64,000 nt of DNA from NCBI GenBank assembly GCA_963711895.1, contig CAVQFU010000007.1, positions 93,406 through 157,405 of the forward strand, in the 5' to 3' direction. A program made the position numbers and the translations under genes. The first letter of the stretch is position 1, and every line of letters begins with the position of its first letter. Source of the DNA: an uncultured Acidobacteriota bacterium. GTDB lineage: Bacteria; Actinomycetota; Acidimicrobiia; Spongiisociales; ZC4RG35. The notes below the pieces were generated by a model. It was not told the DNA's origin and did not search any database. It saw nothing but the letters and a program-made list of their open reading frames with translations. Positions 9,225 through 18,312 of this stretch are shown here, piece after piece.

Positions 9225-10004
9225 TCATACTTCGAAAATCGCTCCGTGCGTCCCGGGGACGATCTCGTAGTCCTGACCAGTGGCCTGTAGCCGCTCGTGC
9301 GCCTCGTCGAGCTTCTGATCGCTGTGATCCGGATCGTGGTGGAACGTCATGAGGGCCCCGACATCGGTCATGGCGGCGAAGGCGAGCACATGGCTGTACG
9401 AGCTGTGGCCCCACCCAATGCGCTGGGAATACTCCTCGTCCGTGTATTGGGAATCATGGATCAGCAGGTCCGCGCCGGCGGCCAGGTCGTAACCGGAGGT
9501 CCACTCCGCGTTCTTGGGGAAGTTGTGCATGCCCAGTGCAGGCTCATGGTCGGGGAGATAGGTGAGCACCTTGCCTGCCTCCTCGAGGCGGTAGCCGAGG
9601 GTTGGGCCGGGGTGGGAGACCAGGTCGGCAGTGACCCGGATCCCATCGATGTCAAAACTGCCCGGTGGGACGTCGTGGAAGTCCACGTTGGACAGGTCCC
9701 GCACGCGCAGCGGGAAGAGTGGTGGGGACAGATATCGGTTCAGCCGTTCCTTGAGGGTCTGTGTCGTCGAGATCGGTCCCCACACATCGACCCGGATGTC
9801 GGGGTCGTGCAATGGGGCGAAGAAGGGCAGTCCCTGGATGTGATCCATGTGGAGGTGCGTGATGAGCACATCGACCCGTTCCACCGATTCGACGTTCGCC
9901 CCGAGCGCCCGCATCCCGCTGCCGGCGTCGAGGACGAGGAGCCTCCCGTCCTTCCCTGCAACCTCGACGGCCGAGGTGTCGCCGCCGTATTTGGCCGTGT
10001 CCAT
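9225..10004 (-). CDS. MBL-fold metallo-hydrolase
   Basis: VLITHLHMDHIQG motif. ORF extends to 10262 but the upstream 86 codons are Arg/Pro-rich and overlap the PAS gene, so the start is taken at internal ATG (MDTAKYGG). Confidence 0.7.
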   Translation of the reverse strand: MDTAKYGGDTSAVEVAGKDGRLLVLDAGSGMRALGANVESVERVDVLITHLHMDHIQGLPFFAPLHDPDIRVDVWGPISTTQTLKERLNRYLSPPLFPLRVRDLSNVDFHDVPPGSFDIDGIRVTADLVSHPGPTLGYRLEEAGKVLTYLPDHEPALGMHNFPKNAEWTSGYDLAAGADLLIHDSQYTDEEYSQRIGWGHSSYSHVLAFAAMTDVGALMTFHHDPDHSDQKLDEAHERLQATGQDYEIVPGTHGAIFEV

Positions 10005-10048
10005 CCCGGCGCTGGCGATCGACCCCCTCGTCCCCCAAAGTCGCGCCC

Positions 10049-10447
10049 TCAGCCTTCGACCTCCCAGAACGTGGCGAGGACGCCGAGGAATCTCCCGCCC
10101 TGACCTTCGATCGGGAGCGCAGTCACCTCGACCGCCCGCCACTCTCCGTCCATTCCCTGGAAGCGGACGGCTCGATGGGCCGGCTTCCTCTTGCTCAGCG
10201 CCACGACGACCGGGAAGTCGTAGTCGGGGACTGGCGACCCGTCGAGCTGAGTCACGTTCCACGCCCCGACCAGTTGCTCGGCTGCCATCGGGCCTACATC
10301 ATCGAACTGCACCCCGAGCAGGCCTTCGGCGGACTCGTTGTAATAGATGAGGTTTCCCGCTTCATCCATCATCCACATCGGGATGGCCAAATAGCTCGCG
10401 AGCTGCCTGAGGAGGATCATCTCCACAGGCTGTTGCTGATGCGGCAT
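10049..10447 (-). CDS. PAS domain-containing protein
   Basis: 132 aa, PAS-like fold pattern (MWMMDEAGNLIYYNESAEGLLG...). Confidence 0.55.
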   Translation of the reverse strand: MPHQQQPVEMILLRQLASYLAIPMWMMDEAGNLIYYNESAEGLLGVQFDDVGPMAAEQLVGAWNVTQLDGSPVPDYDFPVVVALSKRKPAHRAVRFQGMDGEWRAVEVTALPIEGQGGRFLGVLATFWEVEG

Positions 10448-10479
10448 GGGGAGAACCTACCGCCGCCCGCGCTCGAATG

Positions 10480-11451
10480 TCACCTCGGTAGCAGCCGGTA
10501 TGTCAGGCCGTCGTTGTCCACGGCCGCCGCCCGGATCGAGCCACCGGGGAGGTAGATGGCGGTGTCGACAGCCACGAGTGGATTGCCATGCAGCCCGTGG
10601 GGGAGCGGCTCGATGGTGGCCCATTCGTCGCTATCCAGCTCCAGTATCTCCACCGAGGTCAGAGCTTGGTCAGGCGAGAACACCTCGCCGCCGGCCACCA
10701 CGATGGCCCCGTCGACCACGGCCGCGCCAAACCCGGAACGGGCCTCGCCGAGAGAGGGTCCTGCCCGCCAGGCTTGTGTTTCCGGGTCGAAGACCTCGGT
10801 GGTGTCGAATACCTCGTCCCAGCGCCCGGCGATCGCCCAGATCTCCCCTTCGAGAACGACTGCGGCGACATGCTCCCGCTTGGTGCCCGATGGAGGCAGG
10901 GTCGTCCAGGCGTCACCCTCGACGTCGTAGCGGTAGAGGTTCCCATCGGGGACGCCACCCACCAGGAAGATGCTCTGCCCCATAGTGACTGCTGCTCCCG
11001 CCGCCACCGGTGCCGGGAGAGGTGCCACATCTCTCCATGCCTCATCGACGAGTTCCCAGACGGCTGTCGAAGGGTTGCCACTGGGGGTGTAGCCCCCGAT
11101 GAAGAACACCCGGCCTCCAACCACTGCCGCCATCCCGTGATGACGGGCCTCAGGGAGATCGGAAAGGTCGCGCCAAGTGTCGCTATCGGGCGAGTAGGCC
11201 TCGACCGTAGGGGTAACCCCGGTCCGGCCGACACCCACTTCGATGAAGCCTCCGGCGACCACGACTTCTTCCTCGAGGAGAACGGCGGGATGCTCGCTGC
11301 GTGCCAGGTTCATGGGGGCCAGCTCCACCCAACCGGCCGGAGGCGCCGTGGTCGGGCTCGTGTCAGGTGCCGGCGTGGTCGAGGGGTTGTCGACGACGGA
11401 CGGGGTGCACGCCGTAGACGTGATGAGGAGTAATGCGGCGAGACGTCGCAC
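10480..11451 (-). CDS. Kelch-repeat beta-propeller lipoprotein
   Basis: Signal peptide with lipobox-like LITSTAC. Repeated Kelch-like units (AAVVGGRVFFIGG, AAVTMGQSIFLVGG, GAAVVDGAIVVAGG). Confidence 0.7.
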   Translation of the reverse strand: MRRLAALLLITSTACTPSVVDNPSTTPAPDTSPTTAPPAGWVELAPMNLARSEHPAVLLEEEVVVAGGFIEVGVGRTGVTPTVEAYSPDSDTWRDLSDLPEARHHGMAAVVGGRVFFIGGYTPSGNPSTAVWELVDEAWRDVAPLPAPVAAGAAVTMGQSIFLVGGVPDGNLYRYDVEGDAWTTLPPSGTKREHVAAVVLEGEIWAIAGRWDEVFDTTEVFDPETQAWRAGPSLGEARSGFGAAVVDGAIVVAGGEVFSPDQALTSVEILELDSDEWATIEPLPHGLHGNPLVAVDTAIYLPGGSIRAAAVDNDGLTYRLLPR

Positions 11452-11493
11452 CCACTGCAGCCTACGGGAGGGGTCGGTGATAGCTTCGGCCGG

Positions 11494-11934
11494 ATGACCA
11501 TCGAGGATCGTGCTCTCGACCCGTCACGGCCTCATGCTGCCAAACATGTCCATCAGTACCTCGAGAGCGACGGTGCGGCTGTCGACCATCCGGCGGCGGG
11601 TCATCTGATTCTCCTCTACACCACCGGCCGAGCCTCGGGTGAGGTCCGTCGCACGCCCCTCCGTTTCTTCGAGGGCGACCGAGATCTCGTCGTCGCCGCC
11701 TCGTACGGAGGGTCACCACGACATCCCGACTGGTACCTCAACCTCGTTGAAGACCCCACGGTTTGGGTGCGGCGTGACGCCGACCTCTACGAAGCCGATG
11801 CGATTCCCATCGATAGAGCGGAGCGGGACCTGTTGTGGGAAACCCTGGTGGTGAGCACTGCACCACAATTTGCCGACTATCAGGAGAAGACAGAGCGAAT
11901 CATCCCGCTCGTTCGGTTGGTCGCTCGCACCTGA
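11494..11934 (+). CDS. Deazaflavin(F420)-dependent nitroreductase family protein (DUF385-type)
   Basis: PDWYLNL motif and overall length/profile of the F420H2-dependent nitroreductase family. Confidence 0.7.
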   Translation: MTIEDRALDPSRPHAAKHVHQYLESDGAAVDHPAAGHLILLYTTGRASGEVRRTPLRFFEGDRDLVVAASYGGSPRHPDWYLNLVEDPTVWVRRDADLYEADAIPIDRAERDLLWETLVVSTAPQFADYQEKTERIIPLVRLVART

Positions 11935-11935
11935 C

Positions 11936-12289
11936 TCAGCCGAGGACCCGGTTCGCCTCAGCCAGCAGGTCGTCTATGTCGGTGCCCGATTCCTCTGCCA
12001 GTAGCCGCCGGATCCCGGGGGAGACCTTGTCGAGGACGGTCGTCATCTTGTTCAACACCGAGCGTTGCGCCTTCATGCGTGCCGCCTCGTCGGCGGGTGT
12101 GACCAGATCGTCGACGATAGAACCCTCCGCCCGTGAAGCGACCAGGGGATCTGCTACGCCACGGACCCACACCAGGGATCGTTTCCCGGGGCCGCGTCCT
12201 TCGGTGATCGGCTCGACGGCGGTCACGTCGTCTGAGCGCACGTACGAACCGTATCCCAGGGCGACCAACTGACCGGTCTGTATGCGCAT
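11936..12289 (-). CDS. Hypothetical protein (weak resemblance to DUF370/RemA-like N-terminus)
   Basis: 117-aa ORF with good composition; family assignment uncertain. Confidence 0.4.
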   Translation of the reverse strand: MRIQTGQLVALGYGSYVRSDDVTAVEPITEGRGPGKRSLVWVRGVADPLVASRAEGSIVDDLVTPADEAARMKAQRSVLNKMTTVLDKVSPGIRRLLAEESGTDIDDLLAEANRVLG

Positions 12290-12358
12290 GGTGTCCTCCT
12301 GTGCGTCCCGGAAGCTACCGGGCCCATTCGAACCGGGTCAGGCGCCGGCGTCTGTGGC

Positions 12359-12583
12359 TCAGGCGCGGGCGTCTTCAGCCAGCGTGTAGGCAACGAGGGC
12401 ATTGGCGTGGCCATGCCCCATCTCGTATTCGGTCTTGAGCCAGTTGACCAATTCCATGTGCTTGGTCAGGTCACTGGCGCGGATCAAGTCCTGCCATTCC
12501 TCGATGGGCCGGCCGTACTTCTTCTCGATCGAGGGGAAGTAGGACGCCGGCCCTTGCACACGCCCGGTCTTGTCATCGGTCAT
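12359..12583 (-). CDS. DUF4287 domain protein
   Basis: 74 aa; PASYFPSIEKKYGRPIEEW...GHGHANALVAY matches the DUF4287 pattern. Confidence 0.6.
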   Translation of the reverse strand: MTDDKTGRVQGPASYFPSIEKKYGRPIEEWQDLIRASDLTKHMELVNWLKTEYEMGHGHANALVAYTLAEDARA

Positions 12584-12627
12584 GCCTCGAAGCGTATCCG
12601 GTGGAGGTCGCTGGTTGAATCGGCACG

Positions 12628-13656
12628 GTGTTCACCCCGATCCGCACCGAGCGGCTGCTCATCCGCCCCTTCGAGCTAGACGACCTCGCCGAATACCAGG
12701 CCCGACGCAGCGATCCGGACGTGGCCCGCTATCAGGACTGGGAGCTCCCGTATCCCATGGAACGCGCAGAGAAGGTCGTTTCCGCGCAGGCGGCAATGGA
12801 CGGGCCCGAGAACGACAAGTGGTGGATGGCTGTGGTGTGCGATCCCGATACCGGCGAGGTCTTCGGAGACGTTGGGGCGGAGCTTTCATGGAAGGGTCGT
12901 TCCGCCGAAGTTGGCTACACCTTTGCCAAGGAGCATTGGGGGAAGGGGTATGCGGCAGAGGCATTGCATGCGTTGGTCCGATACCTGTTCGAGGAGCTCG
13001 CCGTGACCAGGGCGTTCGGCATGCTCCATCCGGAAAACCCGGCCTCGGCCATGGTCCTGGAGCGGACGGGATTCCTCTTCGAGGGCGAGACCAAGTCGTC
13101 GTTCTGGGTGGGCGACGAGCTGTCGGACGACTGGATCTACGGGATGACGAGGCCGGATTGGGAGACCTGGCGTGACCGTCCCCGGCATCCGCCTGACTCG
13201 GTGCACCTGATCGAGGTGACCGCCGAGAACGAAGCGACCGTTGCGGGTCTCCGCACCCACCGGACGCAGGAGGACTTCGTGGCCCCGATCCTGCGATCGT
13301 TCGCCGACGCCCTGTTCCCCGAGATGGTCGACGGGGCGCCGGTCGAGCCGTGGATGCGGGCCGTGATCGCCGACGACGTGATTGTTGGGTTCGTGATGCT
13401 GGCCCTGAGCACCGAGCACCATCCGGAGCCGTTTCTCTGGCGTCTCTTGATCGACCGTCTCCACCAGCGGCGTGGGATCGGGGGCAGGATCCTGGAGCTC
13501 GTCGAGGCCGAGTGCCTGGCGATGGGCGACGAGAGCCTTCTCACCAGTTGGGGCGAGGGCAAGGGCTCACCCCGGCCCTTCTACCTGGCTCACGGCTTCG
13601 TCCCCACCGGCAGGGTGGTCGACGAAGAAACCGAAGGTCGCAAGCGGCTGTCGTGA
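12628..13656 (+). CDS. GNAT family N-acetyltransferase (two GNAT-like halves)
   Basis: Acetyltransferase fold motifs (WGKGYAAEAL; QRRGIGGRILE) in both halves. Confidence 0.7.
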   Translation: MFTPIRTERLLIRPFELDDLAEYQARRSDPDVARYQDWELPYPMERAEKVVSAQAAMDGPENDKWWMAVVCDPDTGEVFGDVGAELSWKGRSAEVGYTFAKEHWGKGYAAEALHALVRYLFEELAVTRAFGMLHPENPASAMVLERTGFLFEGETKSSFWVGDELSDDWIYGMTRPDWETWRDRPRHPPDSVHLIEVTAENEATVAGLRTHRTQEDFVAPILRSFADALFPEMVDGAPVEPWMRAVIADDVIVGFVMLALSTEHHPEPFLWRLLIDRLHQRRGIGGRILELVEAECLAMGDESLLTSWGEGKGSPRPFYLAHGFVPTGRVVDEETEGRKRLS

Positions 13657-13671
13657 AGGGTCGGGTACAGC

Positions 13672-13790
13672 GAACCTCAGGTTCCACGGCCCGTATATGA
13701 AACGAACTGCCTCAGGCTCGACGCAGAGCGTCGGACCCTCGGGAGGCTGAGGCAGTTCGGCCCGCATATGAAACGCAGAACCTGAGGTTC
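13672..13790. promoter_or_regulatory. 119-bp dyad element with internal 17-bp direct repeats, 18 bp upstream of the ligD-pol start
   Basis: GAACCTCAGGTTC (13672-13684) and its reverse complement GAACCTGAGGTTC (13778-13790). AACTGCCTCAGG / CCTGAGGCAGTT inner inverted repeats. GGCCCGTATATGAAACG (13688) and GGCCCGCATATGAAACG (13759) as direct repeats 71 bp apart. Central CGACGC...GCGTCG mini-palindrome. Confidence 0.4.
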
Positions 13791-13808
13791 GACCTAGGTT
13801 TGGTGTGA

Positions 13809-14714
13809 ATGGAGGTCAGCAATCCCGACCGTGTGGTCTTCCCCGATGATGGGATCACCAAGGGCGAAGTCGTCGACTATTACGTACGCGTCGCCGATCG
13901 CATGCTCCCCTTCGTCGAGGGCCGACTCCTCTCGGTCGAGCGATTCCCCCGCGGCATCGGGGGTCAGGGCTTCATGCAGAAGAACGTCCCCGACCATGCC
14001 CCGGCGGAGCTGATCGGGCGTCACGAGGTGCCCAAAGAGGGCGGAGGGACCACTGTCTACCCGATGGTCGACTCTGCGGAGGGGATCGCCTTCTTCGCCA
14101 ATCTGGGGGTGATCACCTTTCACGTGCCACCGGTACGAGCGAACGACGAGGAGCACCCGGACTGGGTGATCTGGGACCTGGACCCGCCTGCCGACCGAGT
14201 GGAGCTGGTACGCGAGGCGGCGCGCGAGATGCGCGATGTCCTCAAGTCATTCGGCATCGAGACGGTCCTGATGACCTCCGGTTCGAAGGGTTACCACCTG
14301 CGAGCCACGTTGGAGCCGACCACCGACGTCGACGACGTCGCCCTGGTGGCGAGAGGCACGGCCGCCCTTGGCGCTGCCGCCAACGACGGTCTCCTGACCC
14401 TGGCCTTTCGCAAAGCCGACCGCGGTGATCGGGTCTTCGTCGACTGGATGCGGAACACCTCGCGGTCTACGTCGGTGGTTCCCTGGTCGCTTCGACCGAA
14501 GACCGGAGCACCGGTCGCCACACCGATCGCGTGGCAGGAGTTGGGCGACATCGAGCCGGACGGGGTCAGGCTCAGCAATGTCCAGGATCGATCGCGGAAG
14601 CGACCCTGGTCGAAGCTCGAGTCGATCGACTTGACCCCAACCGTGGAGAAGGTGCGCAGCGCCCTCGACGATGCAGCGATCGAGTTGCCGCCCTTCGACC
14701 GATTCCGGTCCTGA
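13809..14714 (+). CDS. NHEJ DNA polymerase, LigD polymerase/primase (Prim-Pol) domain protein
   Basis: VIWDLDPP and TSGSKGYHL motifs of LigD Pol domain, VFVDWMRN. Stop is 3 nt before the ligase start. Confidence 0.8.
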   Translation: MEVSNPDRVVFPDDGITKGEVVDYYVRVADRMLPFVEGRLLSVERFPRGIGGQGFMQKNVPDHAPAELIGRHEVPKEGGGTTVYPMVDSAEGIAFFANLGVITFHVPPVRANDEEHPDWVIWDLDPPADRVELVREAAREMRDVLKSFGIETVLMTSGSKGYHLRATLEPTTDVDDVALVARGTAALGAAANDGLLTLAFRKADRGDRVFVDWMRNTSRSTSVVPWSLRPKTGAPVATPIAWQELGDIEPDGVRLSNVQDRSRKRPWSKLESIDLTPTVEKVRSALDDAAIELPPFDRFRS

Positions 14715-14717
14715 CCC

Positions 14718-16226
14718 GTGCTCCTGGCCGATCTCGTCGCTGTCTCCGCCTCGGTCTCCGCGACGAGGGCTCGTTCCGAGAAGATCGCGTTGCTCGCCGC
14801 GATGCTTTGCCGGCTCGCCCCAGATGAAGCGGCACCCGCAGTTTCCTTTTTGAGCGGAAAGCCACGACAAGACCGGCTGGGAGTGGGATGGACGACGGTC
14901 TACGCCATCGAAGCCGCCGCTGCGAAGGAACCGTCCCTGGAGATAATCGAAGTCGACGCAACTCTGGAGGACCTGGCAGGCGTGTCCGGACCAGGCTCCA
15001 AGATGACGCGGGAGATGCTCCTCTCCGGGATGTTCGGCCGGGCAACGGAGGCCGAGCAGCGCTTCCTGCGCGATCTCATAGTGCGCAATCTTCGGCAAGG
15101 AGCGTTGGAAGGGGTGATGGCGGACGCCGTCGCAGTTGCCCTGGGAGTGACGCCTGATCGCGTGCGTCGGGCGGCCATGCTGGAGGGCGATCTGGTCACC
15201 GTGTCCTCACGGGCCCTTTCGGAGGGTCCCGACGCCTTGGGGACATCGACGCTTGGGTTGTTCACCCCGGTGCAGCCGATGCTGGCCAAGACCGCCGCCA
15301 CCGCCGGCGAGGCGGTGACCGGGCTGGGTCGCGCCTTCGTTGAGTGGAAGCTCGACGGCGTCCGTATACAGGTGCATCGTGAAGGGACTCGAGTGGCGGT
15401 GTTCACCCGGAACCTGCGAGACATCACCAGCGGAGTTCCCGAGGTAGTCGCGTCGGTGCAGAAATACCCGGCCACGTCGTTCATCCTCGACGGAGAGGCC
15501 CTGTTGTTTGGTCCCTCAGGCCCGGAGCAGTTTCAGGACTCGATGAGCAGGTTCGGAACCGAGGCGTCAGATCAGGCCCCGCCCCTGCGCGCGTTCTATT
15601 TCGACTGCCTCCATCTCGACGGTGTAGATCTGATCGACTTATCGCTTGCCGAGCGCCGGGCCGCGCTGGTGGGCGCGGTACCCGGAGAATCTCTCGTCGG
15701 AGCGGTCCTCACCGATGACCCGGAAGAGGCCGACCGCTTCTTCGAGGATGCGGTAGCCGCCGGGTATGAGGGCGTCGTGGTCAAGGATCCGGACCAGCCT
15801 TATGAGGCCGGTCGACGCGGATCGGGCTGGCTCAAAGTCAAACCGACTCATACCCTCGACCTTCTGGTCCTGGCCGCCGAGTGGGGATCCGGGCGCCGGG
15901 AGGGCTGGCTATCCAACCTGCATCTCGGTGCCCGTGACCAAGAGGGCGGGTACGTCATGCTGGGCAAGACGTTCAAGGGGCTTACCGACGAGATGCTGGG
16001 GTGGCAGACCGAGCGATTTCTCGAAATCGAAGATCACCGCAGCCGGAACACCGTGTTTCTGAAGCCCAGGATCGTCTATGAGATCGCCTTTGACGGCGTG
16101 CAGCGGAGCACGCGTTATCCGGGCGGTGTGGCCCTCCGTTTTGCCCGGGTCAAGCGATATCGCGAAGACAAAGGGCCAGAGGACGCCGACACCATCGAGA
16201 CGGTGCGCAGTTTCGCTCGCAGCTAG
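14718..16226 (+). CDS. ATP-dependent DNA ligase (LigD ligase-domain / LigC-like)
   Basis: Adenylation motif I EWKLDGVRIQVH (KxDG), OB-fold region. GTG start immediately after the Pol gene stop. Confidence 0.85.
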   Translation: MLLADLVAVSASVSATRARSEKIALLAAMLCRLAPDEAAPAVSFLSGKPRQDRLGVGWTTVYAIEAAAAKEPSLEIIEVDATLEDLAGVSGPGSKMTREMLLSGMFGRATEAEQRFLRDLIVRNLRQGALEGVMADAVAVALGVTPDRVRRAAMLEGDLVTVSSRALSEGPDALGTSTLGLFTPVQPMLAKTAATAGEAVTGLGRAFVEWKLDGVRIQVHREGTRVAVFTRNLRDITSGVPEVVASVQKYPATSFILDGEALLFGPSGPEQFQDSMSRFGTEASDQAPPLRAFYFDCLHLDGVDLIDLSLAERRAALVGAVPGESLVGAVLTDDPEEADRFFEDAVAAGYEGVVVKDPDQPYEAGRRGSGWLKVKPTHTLDLLVLAAEWGSGRREGWLSNLHLGARDQEGGYVMLGKTFKGLTDEMLGWQTERFLEIEDHRSRNTVFLKPRIVYEIAFDGVQRSTRYPGGVALRFARVKRYREDKGPEDADTIETVRSFARS

Positions 16227-18193
16227 GCCGGGGTCTTCCAGTCGATGGTGTGGAGCTTCACCGCGCCGTCGATCCCTTTGAGCTCGACGTCCCTTCCCTC
16301 GGAGACGCCGTATGAGATCGAATCGACTGTCTGTAGCGCGGCCTCGGAGATGACGATCTCGTCGGCATCCGCCGCAGCGCTCACCCGGGCGGCGCGATGC
16401 ACACCGAGTCCCCGGTAGTCGCTGCCATCCGTCGTGGCCTCGTCGGTGTGAAGCCCGATTCGGACCGAAGGGGCGAACCCCTGGTCGCGCGAGTGTTCGG
16501 CGAGACGACGCTGGATGGCCACAGCAGCCTCCACGGCATCGGTGCCCCGGTCGAAGCTCACGAAGAAGCCGTCGCCGGTGTGGCTCACCTCGGTCCCGTG
16601 ATGCTCGACGAAGGCAGCCCGCAAGATGCGATCGTGGGACGCGAGAAGCGATTCCCATTTCGCATCCCCGATCAAGCTCACCAGGTCGGTCGAGGTGACG
16701 ATGTCGGTGAACATGAAGGTCTTGGTGACCCGAGAGCGTTCCGCTTCCGCCCCGCCGAGGCCGGAGATGATCGAGTCCAGCCGGCGCAGGTCGAGGGCTG
16801 CGCCGAGCTTCTCGAACACGGATCGGGCAGCGCCGAGCTCCATCCGGGCCTGGCTCTCGTCCCCGGCGCCGAGATAGGCCTCGCCGAGGAGGACCCGGGC
16901 CTTTGCGCCCTCGTAGGGGAACCCGACCTCCCGCCATAGGCGCCCTGCCTTGGTCAACTCGCGAATCGCCCCTGCATGATCGGCTTCGCCCAGCAGCACG
17001 GCTCCTCGGGCGGTCAGTGCCACTGCCTCGAACGCCGGTCGCTGGTATTCCTCCGCGATCCGCTCCAAGTCCTCTGTTGCTACCCGAGCGGTATCGAGGT
17101 CGCCGCGGGTCAGCGCCACCTCCACCTGGGCGGGCAGGGTCCTGGATCTCATGATCAGGTCGGCTCCGAGCCCGTCTTCCCCGCCGGCGAGACTTCGCTC
17201 CAGTGACTTCGCCGCCTCATCGGCCTGGCCCCGGGCCAGCATCAACAAGGCGAGCCCGGGTTGGGGGTCCACACCATGCTCGTAGGCCATGGCGAACGCG
17301 GCCTCGGCGCCGGCGAGATCACCCATGTGGAGTCGGATCTCGCCCACCTCGTACTGCCCGTGCCCGACCCCGTCGAGCATGTGATATCGCTCCAGCTCCT
17401 GACAAGCGCTGAGAGCTTCCTGCTCGGCCTCGGTCCAGTTCCCTTTGAGACGCTTCAGCTCGGCGCGGTGGACCCGGCACACCCCTGAATACCCGCCCAC
17501 CGAGTGCCGGTTCATCCATCGGTCCGCCTCTTCGGTCCACTCTCCGGCACGTCCAAAGTCGCCGACGTCCCGACAGGCCGAGATGGTCACGCAGTAGACG
17601 TCGCTGGCCGATCGGAGGCTGGCGTCCCCGGACAGGGCCACCGAGGTCGCCTCGTCGATCAGGGCAAGCCCTTCTGTCCAATCACCCTTGGCCAGCAAGG
17701 CGTATCCCTTTAACACCTGCGCCTGGGACTCGGCATCGCGGTTTCCGGTGCGGCGGGCGAGCTCTAGGACCTCCTCGGCCACCGCGATGCCCTCGTCCAG
17801 GTCTCTTCGTATCCCGATGGCCTCGAAGACATCCATGACCTTCAACGACGCATGTACGGTCGATTCGGGTTGGCCTTCCAACAACCTCACTGCCCTTGCC
17901 CGCCAACCGTTGGCCACCGAACCCGCCAGCCTCCGCAACGCCAGATAGGCGAGGAGGACGGCGACCCTGGCCGCATCAATCGGCATGTCGGCACCGTCGT
18001 ACCCGTTGAAGGCCCGTTCTAAGGCGTCGACGGACTCGTCGGGGTGGGCGGTCCACCATGCGGCGTCTGCGAGTAGCTCGAGATCCGCCGCTGACAACGC
18101 CTCTTCGCCGTCGGCCTCGGTCAGCGTTTTCCACGCTTCCTCCCAGGCCTCGCGGCCTGCCGCGGCCCTTCCCGACTCCAGTGTTAGCACCAC
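16223..18193 (-). CDS. Adenylate/guanylate cyclase domain protein with N-terminal TPR-like regulatory region
   Basis: C-terminal class III cyclase domain (FMFTDIVTSTDL...HTGDGFFVSF...GLHTDEA), preceded by about 450 aa of TPR-like helical repeats. Confidence 0.7.
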   Translation of the reverse strand: MVLTLESGRAAAGREAWEEAWKTLTEADGEEALSAADLELLADAAWWTAHPDESVDALERAFNGYDGADMPIDAARVAVLLAYLALRRLAGSVANGWRARAVRLLEGQPESTVHASLKVMDVFEAIGIRRDLDEGIAVAEEVLELARRTGNRDAESQAQVLKGYALLAKGDWTEGLALIDEATSVALSGDASLRSASDVYCVTISACRDVGDFGRAGEWTEEADRWMNRHSVGGYSGVCRVHRAELKRLKGNWTEAEQEALSACQELERYHMLDGVGHGQYEVGEIRLHMGDLAGAEAAFAMAYEHGVDPQPGLALLMLARGQADEAAKSLERSLAGGEDGLGADLIMRSRTLPAQVEVALTRGDLDTARVATEDLERIAEEYQRPAFEAVALTARGAVLLGEADHAGAIRELTKAGRLWREVGFPYEGAKARVLLGEAYLGAGDESQARMELGAARSVFEKLGAALDLRRLDSIISGLGGAEAERSRVTKTFMFTDIVTSTDLVSLIGDAKWESLLASHDRILRAAFVEHHGTEVSHTGDGFFVSFDRGTDAVEAAVAIQRRLAEHSRDQGFAPSVRIGLHTDEATTDGSDYRGLGVHRAARVSAAADADEIVISEAALQTVDSISYGVSEGRDVELKGIDGAVKLHTIDWKTPA

Positions 18194-18312
18194 GTCGAGA
18201 GACTACCGAGGAACTTGGGCCACATACCGGCCGGTTGAGATAGGCCGTGCTACACCGTTAGGGTGCCGCACGGTCGCGGGAGGGCGATCTGAAGTCCATT
18301 TCGAGGTCCACC

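Noticed and set aside
10005-10262. N-terminal 86 codons of the MBL hydrolase ORF
   Set aside because: Arg/Pro-rich, overlap the PAS-domain gene; internal ATG at 10004 gives a normal MBL N-terminus.
13672-13790. LexA (Cheo/SOS) box upstream of ligD
   Set aside because: Palindrome is GAAC-N5-GTTC, not the canonical actinobacterial TCGAAC-N4-GTTCGA; kept only as a hypothesis inside the dyad-element finding.
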